The notes beneath the pieces were generated by a model, which saw only the letters and a list, made by a program, of their open reading frames with translations, searched no databases and was not told the origin of the DNA. A program made the position numbers and the translations under genes. This document shows positions 18,866-26,019 of a stretch of DNA of 64,000 nucleotides, one piece after another. The stretch is from Alphaproteobacteria bacterium MarineAlpha5_Bin5 (GTDB taxonomy: Bacteria; Pseudomonadota; Alphaproteobacteria; HIMB59; GCA-002718135): NCBI GenBank assembly GCA_002938205.1, contig PTKZ01000006.1:4805-68804 (forward strand). Reading direction: 5' to 3'. How positions within the stretch are numbered: the stretch's first letter is position 1; each line of letters opens with the position of its first letter.

Positions 18866-18952
18866 TTTGTTCAAAACTTAACTTTTCCCAAATGAAATAA
18901 TTATAACTCCGGTTTAGGAATCTGTTGCTCTATCATACTAAGATACGGACAC
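18866..18952. repeat. 87-nt direct repeat, copy 2 (non-tRNA block plus a degenerate 5' half of tRNA-Arg)
   Basis: See 16621-16707. Confidence 0.7.
18911..18952 (-). pseudogene. degenerate orphan 5' half of tRNA-Arg(CCU)
   Basis: ggtttaggaatctgttgctctatcatactaagatacggacac compares with agattaggaatctggtgctctatcctactgagctacgggcac. Confidence 0.75.
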
Positions 18953-19018
18953 TTAATTAAATATATTATAAATAAATCAATTGTTGAAACATATATCTAA
19001 TGTAGTTAAAATTAATAT

Positions 19019-19717
19019 ATGAAAAAAATTGCTGCTTTTATTGCATCTGGAAGTGGAATGGGCGCAGATGCTGCAAAACATTTATCATCAAAAGGATATG
19101 AAATAGGAATTATGTCCTCATCTGGTAAAGGTGAAGAGCTTGCCAAAAAACTAAATGGGGTGGGATTTACCGGCTCTAATCTTTCAACTAAAGATATTGA
19201 AAATTTTATTAATAAAGTATCTTCAAAGTTTGGAAAAATTGATGTACTTGTAAATAGTGCTGGTCATGGACCAAAAGGGGAGATATTAGAAATTTCAGAT
19301 GATGAATGGATTAGTGGAATGGAAGTCTACTTTCTCAATGTGGTTCGTCCAATCAGATTAGTTACACCAATTATGCAAAAACAAAAAAATGGTTCTATCA
19401 TAAATATTTCAACTTTTGCAACATTTGAACCTGAGTCAGCTTTTCCTACCTCTGGTGTTTTTCGTGCGGGACTTGCCTCTTTTATAAAACTTTATTCAAA
19501 CAAATATGCAAAAGACAATATAAGAATAAATAATATATTACCGGGATTCATTGATAGTCTTCCAGAAAAAGAAATTTTTAAAAAAAGAATTCCTTTACAA
19601 AGATATGGGAAAGTTAGTGAAATTTCCGCTGTTGTTGAATTACTTGCCTCTGAAGGTGGATCCTACATTACTGGTCAAAATATACGTGTTGATGGTGGTA
19701 TTACTAAATCTGTTTAA
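19019..19717 (+). CDS. short-chain dehydrogenase/reductase family protein, atypical active site
   Basis: It has a Rossmann N-terminus (ASGSGMG), NSAG and the C-terminal ITGQNIRVDGG. By hand alignment, F-R-A-G-L sits where Y-x-x-x-K is expected. Confidence 0.7.
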   Translation: MKKIAAFIASGSGMGADAAKHLSSKGYEIGIMSSSGKGEELAKKLNGVGFTGSNLSTKDIENFINKVSSKFGKIDVLVNSAGHGPKGEILEISDDEWISGMEVYFLNVVRPIRLVTPIMQKQKNGSIINISTFATFEPESAFPTSGVFRAGLASFIKLYSNKYAKDNIRINNILPGFIDSLPEKEIFKKRIPLQRYGKVSEISAVVELLASEGGSYITGQNIRVDGGITKSV

Positions 19718-19753
19718 TTATATTTTTTTTTCTTTATTTAATAATTTACTTTT

Positions 19754-20743
19754 ATGTTGAATAAAAAAATAGATAGAAAATTTTGTGTAGCTCCTATGAT
19801 GGGATATACCACTCCTTATGCAAGGCAGTTATATAGAATTTTATCAAAAAAGACTTTTTTATTTACAGAAATGATTGCTACTAAAACTATGATTCATTCT
19901 AAAAATGCTCAAATGATTATTCGCAATAACAATCAAAATCCAATTGCCTTACAAGTTGGAGGTTCAGATTTAAAAGAATTAAATAAATGTTCAAAAATTG
20001 CTTATGAATTAAATTATGATGAAATTAATCTAAATGTTGGATGCCCTAGCAAAGCTGTACAAAAAGGTAGTTTTGGTGCTTGCTTAATGCGTGATAAAAT
20101 TTTGGTAAGACAATCTTTAGAATCAATGCAAATTAATAAAAATATTGAAGTTTCATTAAAGTGCAGAATAGGACTTGGTAAAGAATTAAATTATGATTTT
20201 TTTGAAGAATTTATAGATGAGATAATAAAAAGTGGAATTAAGATTGTATATGTACATGCTCGTAATGCTATTTTAAATGGAATTAGTCCAAAAGCTAACA
20301 GAAATGTACCTCGTTTAAAATATGATTTTGTAAAAAAAGTACAATCCAAATATCCTTCTGTAACTTTTGTTTTAAATGGAGGCATTAATAGCATTGATAA
20401 AGCTTTAAAATTAAAAAATGAGTACGATGGCGTTATGTTAGGGAGATTAATTCAAAATAATCCATTTTGTTTAAAAAATGTTGATGAACTTTTTTATAAT
20501 TGTAAAGAAAAATATCAAATTAACGAGAATACTGTTCACGATTATTTCAATTTTATAAAACCAAACGTTGGTAATGATTCTATATTTAGATTGATGAGCC
20601 CTTTGCTTCAAATTTTTTTTGGAATCCCAAACAGTAAAGAGTTTAAATCAAAAATTCATAACATTATGCAAAAACAAAAAGTTGATCTATTAGAAAATAT
20701 TTTCCTCGATTTTATAAAAAAACAAAAAATTTTATTAAACTAA
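19754..20743 (+). CDS. dusA: tRNA-dihydrouridine synthase A
   Basis: CVAPMMGYTTPYARQLYR and NLNVGCPS are present, and the length (329 aa) is DusA-like. Confidence 0.8.
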   Translation: MLNKKIDRKFCVAPMMGYTTPYARQLYRILSKKTFLFTEMIATKTMIHSKNAQMIIRNNNQNPIALQVGGSDLKELNKCSKIAYELNYDEINLNVGCPSKAVQKGSFGACLMRDKILVRQSLESMQINKNIEVSLKCRIGLGKELNYDFFEEFIDEIIKSGIKIVYVHARNAILNGISPKANRNVPRLKYDFVKKVQSKYPSVTFVLNGGINSIDKALKLKNEYDGVMLGRLIQNNPFCLKNVDELFYNCKEKYQINENTVHDYFNFIKPNVGNDSIFRLMSPLLQIFFGIPNSKEFKSKIHNIMQKQKVDLLENIFLDFIKKQKILLN

Positions 20744-21270
20744 AAGGGTATCTGATACGAAAAACTAATTATTTCAACGCCTGGATTTTTATTACCAATG
20801 TTGGCGTTTGATATATGTCCAAATGAAGTAGCAATTCTATTATTGTTTTCCAATTTATAACTTATTTCTAAAGTTGTTCTAAATTCAATATTATTACCTA
20901 ATTTTTTACCATCTCCATCATCGTAATAGCCTACACCAAAACTTGGCGTAAATACGTAATCCGATTCTTCACCAGTAAATAATTGTCCAAGATTATCTTC
21001 TAAATATATTCCAACAATAAAATACGAAGCTGAATCAGAAGTGATTTCAATTCCGGTAAATGGTTTTAGATAAAAAAAATTATCTTCTTCTGGCCCTATA
21101 TCAAAAAGTGTTTTATCAAAACGTCTCTCATAACGAAAATCTGTAGCTTGATTTGAAGATGATCCATCAAATTTTACATCAAAAAATCCAATACCAAAAA
21201 CATCATAGCCTCCTGTTAATGCAGGAAAAGACCACAAAAAGGAAAATAAAAAAAATAAAAAATTTCTCAC
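20740..21270 (-). CDS. outer-membrane acyloxyacyl hydrolase / lipid A 3-O-deacylase (PagL)-like protein
   Basis: It has a signal peptide, a beta-barrel-like alternating pattern, a C-terminal FGHISNANIGNKNPGVE (the HxSN motif) and a terminal aromatic residue. Confidence 0.55.
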   Translation of the reverse strand: MRNFLFFLFSFLWSFPALTGGYDVFGIGFFDVKFDGSSSNQATDFRYERRFDKTLFDIGPEEDNFFYLKPFTGIEITSDSASYFIVGIYLEDNLGQLFTGEESDYVFTPSFGVGYYDDGDGKKLGNNIEFRTTLEISYKLENNNRIATSFGHISNANIGNKNPGVEIISFSYQIPF

Positions 21271-21315
21271 TCTTTTACAATAAGTGAAAAATTAAAAGTA
21301 TCAAACATATTTAAA

Positions 21316-22128
21316 CTATTTAGACTCAAATAAATCTATAATATCTCCTTTTTCACTAAAAATCCCTGCTAATACCTTCATATTATTCAATGGTTGTTTA
21401 AATAGTGTACAAACAACATCATTTTTTAATTTATCAAAATTATATTTATGTTCTGATTGATATCCACGAACAATTCTTTGAAAAGAATTATATGGCTTAT
21501 TAATTTGTGAAAAATTTTGATATCCCCACCAAAAACAATCATTTTGAGCAGACAAAGGTCTAGATATGTCTACACCTCTGTTTACAAAAAGAATTTTTTT
21601 TGTTTGAGAAAATGCTGCATGTTTTAAATTAGAAAAATATTCTTTATGACCAGGTATAGACGCAATATAAGAATTTAATTTTGATGTCCATTTTGAAATT
21701 TTTATTGTTCCTTGAGAAGCAATATTTCTTATATCTTCTGGATCAAGATCATAAGATTTAATAGTATTGTCAACACCATGACTAAACATCCATTCAATTA
21801 TTTCTTTTGGATTTGGTGCAGTTTGTAATTGTTGCAGTTTAGTAAACATCTCTTCCTGTGCCCCTCTTAAAAACACTATATCGTCTGAATCCAATTCATA
21901 TTTTGCCATCAATTTAAAACGTAGTCTAATAACTTTAGAGAGAGTATTCTTTGCATCATTACCCAAACCTATAATATTACCTAAAAAAATTAATTTATCG
22001 TCAGTTTGAAAATTTTCAATAATATATTTTTTTATTGAATTAAATGAATTTATATTTGAATGAATCGAGCCAACAGCCCAAATTCTATTAGCTTTTTTAA
22101 ATTCAATAAAATTTGAAAGATTACTCAA
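21316..22128 (-). CDS. lambda-phosphatase/ApaH-like metallophosphoesterase fold protein with substituted metal-ligand motifs (likely pseudoenzyme)
   Basis: The collinear motif positions read GSIHS (for GDxHG), GNIIGLG (for GDxxDRG), RGAQEE (for RGNHE), WMFSHGVDNTIKSY (for W..NGG..T..SY) and FVNRGV (for FVHAG). Confidence 0.5.
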   Translation of the reverse strand: MSNLSNFIEFKKANRIWAVGSIHSNINSFNSIKKYIIENFQTDDKLIFLGNIIGLGNDAKNTLSKVIRLRFKLMAKYELDSDDIVFLRGAQEEMFTKLQQLQTAPNPKEIIEWMFSHGVDNTIKSYDLDPEDIRNIASQGTIKISKWTSKLNSYIASIPGHKEYFSNLKHAAFSQTKKILFVNRGVDISRPLSAQNDCFWWGYQNFSQINKPYNSFQRIVRGYQSEHKYNFDKLKNDVVCTLFKQPLNNMKVLAGIFSEKGDIIDLFESK

Positions 22129-22131
22129 TAT

Positions 22132-22635
22132 TCACTTATTTTTTAATATTGTTTCAATTTTTTCTGTAGATTGAAAGTAATCCGTTTTTTCAACAGCAGC
22201 AATTTCCCTTGCAAGTCTCTCTATTGCAACTTGAAACATTTGTCTTTCACTATAAGATTGTTCTGCTTGACTATTTTTTCTAAATAAATCTCTTACTACT
22301 TCTGCGATCTTTACTGGATCACCTGAAAATATTTTTGCATCATATTCTTGAGCTCGTCTACTCCACATTATACGTCTAATCTTAGGCCTAAGCTTAAGAG
22401 TATCATAAACTTGTTCAATAAATTTTTTTGAAGAAATTTTCCTTAAACCAACTTCATCTTGTTTATCTAAAGGAACACGTATTGTGAGCTTAGCTTGCTC
22501 CATTTTAACTACATAAAATTTAGTTTTTATACTTGACACTTCCATTGACTCAATTTTTATTATCTCTCCAACTCCATGTTTTGGATATACAACAACTTCT
22601 CCAATTTTAAATTCAGATATTTTTTTATTGCTCAT
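22132..22635 (-). CDS. carD: CarD/CdnL family transcriptional regulator
   Basis: FKIGEVVVYPKHGVGEI is the N-terminal RNAP-interaction domain. The protein is 167 aa and sits next to fdxA. Confidence 0.88.
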   Translation of the reverse strand: MSNKKISEFKIGEVVVYPKHGVGEIIKIESMEVSSIKTKFYVVKMEQAKLTIRVPLDKQDEVGLRKISSKKFIEQVYDTLKLRPKIRRIMWSRRAQEYDAKIFSGDPVKIAEVVRDLFRKNSQAEQSYSERQMFQVAIERLAREIAAVEKTDYFQSTEKIETILKNK

Positions 22636-22968
22636 CTATTTCCCTGGTTTTTTGCTAAAGTGATTTTCAAATTTATTATCAACATTTTCCCAATCTTTTG
22701 CATCTGATGGCGGTTCTTTCATCTCTGTAATTACAGGCCAAATTTCTGCATATTTTCGATTTATTTCTGCCCATTTTTCCATGCCGTCTTCATTATCTGA
22801 ATGAATAGCATCAACGGGACATTCAGGTTCACATACTCCGCAGTCAATACATTCATCAGGATGTATGACTAACATATTTTCACCTTCATAAAAACAATCA
22901 ACCGGACAAACTTCTACACAATCCATATGTTTGCATTTAATACAATTTTCATCTACAACATATGTCAT
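22636..22968 (-). CDS. fdxA: 7Fe ferredoxin
   Basis: [18 protein letters not shown] and [16 protein letters not shown] are the cluster-binding motifs. Confidence 0.9.
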   Translation of the reverse strand: MTYVVDENCIKCKHMDCVEVCPVDCFYEGENMLVIHPDECIDCGVCEPECPVDAIHSDNEDGMEKWAEINRKYAEIWPVITEMKEPPSDAKDWENVDNKFENHFSKKPGK

Positions 22969-23477
22969 TTATTATCCCTTGATTGTAATTTTCTTTGCGC
23001 TCTAATTTTAGCATTACCACAATTTACATCTGAAATATATAAGAGTCCAGCTAGTCTTCTTATAAGGCTTGATTCAAAATCATGTATTTTGTTATCTGAT
23101 AAAATTATCTCCCATAAAGTTTCAATTAATAAAAGCTTTTTATCATCAGAGAAAATCTTATTAATTTTTGATGTATAATAATGCAAAGAACGAGAACTAT
23201 CTTTATTTTGTAGAGAATTATTTAAAATATTTTCAACAACAGCTTGATCTTCATTAAAAGTATTAATTAAACTATAAGAAATTTTATCAAGTTCTTCTTG
23301 TGAAATATTTCCGTCAGTATTTGCCGCTTCAATCATTAGACCAACAAGTACAACCAAATCATTGTTTGAATCTAGTGCATTAGAAACTTCACTATTCTCA
23401 AATAATTTTTTTAACGATCTCAGCAATGTATTACCTAAATTTAAAAACTTTCTAAAGTAGTTTTTCCAAAACTGCAA
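22965..23477 (-). CDS. TerB-like / DjlA N-terminal-like domain protein
   Basis: [23 protein letters not shown] and a second helical repeat ([24 protein letters not shown]) fit the TerB-type two-repeat pattern. Confidence 0.4.
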   Translation of the reverse strand: MQFWKNYFRKFLNLGNTLLRSLKKLFENSEVSNALDSNNDLVVLVGLMIEAANTDGNISQEELDKISYSLINTFNEDQAVVENILNNSLQNKDSSRSLHYYTSKINKIFSDDKKLLLIETLWEIILSDNKIHDFESSLIRRLAGLLYISDVNCGNAKIRAQRKLQSRDNK

Positions 23478-26019
23478 AAGGAGAATTTGGATCTGCCTTA
23501 CTTTCTTTATTATGAGGTTTTTTATTTTTTATTTTTTTTGATTTTATAACAATATTTTTTTTGGGAAGAGGCTTTATTTTCCTTATTTTCTTTTTTTGAC
23601 TAATAAAAAATAATTTTTTTTCATTAGTTAAATTTATACCATCAAAGCCACAAAATAATAAAATTTCTTTTAATTGATTACTATTACAGCCAACTGGATT
23701 CATTAAATCAGCTGATTCTAAAAAAGGACCATTTTTAATTTTTTGTCTTGCAAGGAAAAATATTCTTTCAAAAACATCAACTCTAAGTGCAATATTATCT
23801 AAATTTATATATCCTATTGATGACCAATAAGCTTCAGGCATTTTAATTTCGGGAACAAAAGATACTCTCCCATTTTTTGGCAACTGTAATGTGCCATTAT
23901 AAGTAAAATCATTAAACAGTGACCACAAAACAGCACATAATTCCATAGATGATTTTTTTAATAAATTTGGCATGAAAAAAAACTTTGCACCAATTCGAAT
24001 ACCAAGTTTTGATAAAGTATTTTTATTGTCTAAATTTATATTTTTTAAAAAATTACTAAATTCAAAGGTTGGTAATGTGCCAAGTTTTTCAAATAAATTA
24101 AATATGATTGCTCTTAGTTCAGATGGTATCTTTTCATCCATTGTGTCATTTACTGGTTTTAAATCTTCTTTTATCTTTATATCTATCCAATTTTGTAATT
24201 TAGCAGAAACCAATAATTTATTTTCAGTAGATAAAAACTCAGAATTCAAAGTTTCAGCTATTGGAGAATAAATTTTATTACCTTTGCTTAAAAAACCAAT
24301 AGGCTCATCTCCCCAATAAATTTTAATTTTTTCACTTAAATTTATTGAAACAATATCCCCTAAATTAATAGATTCATTTGGTGCATTTAAAAAATTGCTT
24401 ATTTTTTCTTCAATCATATTTCGCATTGATTTTTTAACATGATTCAATAAAAAAAAAGAATCAGAAATTTCTTTTTGATCTATTATTAATGTAAATCCGG
24501 CTAATTTTCCGTATTTTTTTTGATTTATTTTTATATTTTTATTTTGATCAATTTCAATAACTGGTTCAATTCCTTCATTATTTTTTTTAATAAAATATCC
24601 TGAATTAGTATCTATAAATCTATTAGTAAGAGCAATATGTAAATTGTCAGATAAATCATTTTCTATTTGAAGTGTTTTTTCTTGCCAAAATATAGAGTTA
24701 GTTAACCAATTCTGATGATTTGATATATAGGTCCAAGTTCTTATTTGTCCAATTTTATTAGATAATTCTGTAATATCTCCATTAAAATTATCAAGAATCA
24801 TTATTTTTTTTTGTAGCCATTCTTCTGGGATCTTATGGTCATTTTTTATTAAAAGTAAAAAAATAGTTTTTAAGAAATTCAAATAAATATCATTAAATAT
24901 TTTTTGAAAATCAGGTATTCTACAAACATCCCACAAAAGTCTAATACTTTTTTCATTATCTAGAAAATTTTTTACTTCACTATCTTCAATTAAATTTCTA
25001 AAATTAACTTCATCTATCGCATTTTTTTTGTGTATAAAACAATCTTTAACTGGAAAAGCTTTTAAACTTCCTAAAACATTTTCTACAGAACTAAAATCAA
25101 TAGATGAATTTCTCCAATAAATTTTTTGTATTGAATCAAAAGTATGATTTTCTACTGCTAATATAATTTTTTGATCTAATACTCCTGAATCTTTAGTAGT
25201 GCCGAAAGTACCATTATTTTGATAACGCCCTGCTCTACCTGCTATTTGAGCAATTTCAGATGTTAACAAATTACGATTATATTTTCCATCAAACTTTTCT
25301 AATGATGAAAATACAACATGATTAATATTTAGATTTAAACCCATTCCTATAGCATCAGTTGCAACTAAAAATTCTACTTTTTTATCTTCGTATACTTCAA
25401 CTTGAGCATTTCTTGTTTTTGGACTTAGAGATCCTAAAACAACTGCAGCACCTCCTCTATGAGATCTTAAATTTTCTGCAATTTCGTAAACTTTATTTAC
25501 ATTAAATGCTATGACAGCTGTGCGAGGTAAAAGTTTTGAAAAATTATGTTTTGAAGAGTAAGATAATTTAGAAAATCGATCTTTTTGTTCAATTTTAATG
25601 TTTGGATATAATTCTAATAAAATTTGTTTAATTGTTAATGAGCCTAAAAAAATTGTTTCATAAAATCCTCTTGAATTAAGAATTCGATCAGTAAAGATGT
25701 GTCCTCTTTCATAATCTGCGGCTAATTGAATCTCATCTATTACTACACATTCTGACATTATATCTGTTGGCATTGATTCAACAGTGCAGAAATAGTATTT
25801 TGCTTCTTTTGGTAATATTTTTTCTTCACCCGTAATAAGGGCTGCATTATTGAGACCAACCCTTTTTACTGCTTTGTCATAGTTTTCTCTTGCTAATAAA
25901 CGTAAAGGAAATCCAAAAATCCCAGAATTATAAGTCAATAATCTTTCAAAAGCTAAGTATGTTTTACCTGTATTGGTAGGACCTAGTATTGCTAATAAAT
26001 TTTCATTACCTTCATTCAC
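23452..26019 (-). CDS. SUV3-like ATP-dependent helicase
   Basis: GPTNTGKTY (Walker A), VIDEIQ (motif II) and QIAGRAGR (motif VI) are present, with a long C-terminal extension ending in a Lys-rich tail. Confidence 0.75.
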   Translation of the reverse strand: MNEGNENLLAILGPTNTGKTYLAFERLLTYNSGIFGFPLRLLARENYDKAVKRVGLNNAALITGEEKILPKEAKYYFCTVESMPTDIMSECVVIDEIQLAADYERGHIFTDRILNSRGFYETIFLGSLTIKQILLELYPNIKIEQKDRFSKLSYSSKHNFSKLLPRTAVIAFNVNKVYEIAENLRSHRGGAAVVLGSLSPKTRNAQVEVYEDKKVEFLVATDAIGMGLNLNINHVVFSSLEKFDGKYNRNLLTSEIAQIAGRAGRYQNNGTFGTTKDSGVLDQKIILAVENHTFDSIQKIYWRNSSIDFSSVENVLGSLKAFPVKDCFIHKKNAIDEVNFRNLIEDSEVKNFLDNEKSIRLLWDVCRIPDFQKIFNDIYLNFLKTIFLLLIKNDHKIPEEWLQKKIMILDNFNGDITELSNKIGQIRTWTYISNHQNWLTNSIFWQEKTLQIENDLSDNLHIALTNRFIDTNSGYFIKKNNEGIEPVIEIDQNKNIKINQKKYGKLAGFTLIIDQKEISDSFFLLNHVKKSMRNMIEEKISNFLNAPNESINLGDIVSINLSEKIKIYWGDEPIGFLSKGNKIYSPIAETLNSEFLSTENKLLVSAKLQNWIDIKIKEDLKPVNDTMDEKIPSELRAIIFNLFEKLGTLPTFEFSNFLKNINLDNKNTLSKLGIRIGAKFFFMPNLLKKSSMELCAVLWSLFNDFTYNGTLQLPKNGRVSFVPEIKMPEAYWSSIGYINLDNIALRVDVFERIFFLARQKIKNGPFLESADLMNPVGCNSNQLKEILLFCGFDGINLTNEKKLFFISQKKKIRKIKPLPKKNIVIKSKKIKNKKPHNKESKADPNSPFAVLEKLL

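Noticed and set aside
13722-18952. Calling the tRNA-flanked region a defined genomic island, prophage or integrative element.
   Set aside because: No integrase, excisionase, transposase, phage or conjugation gene is visible in the window, and the repeat pattern does not give a single attL/attR pair. I reported it as an observation and did not annotate it as a mobile_element.
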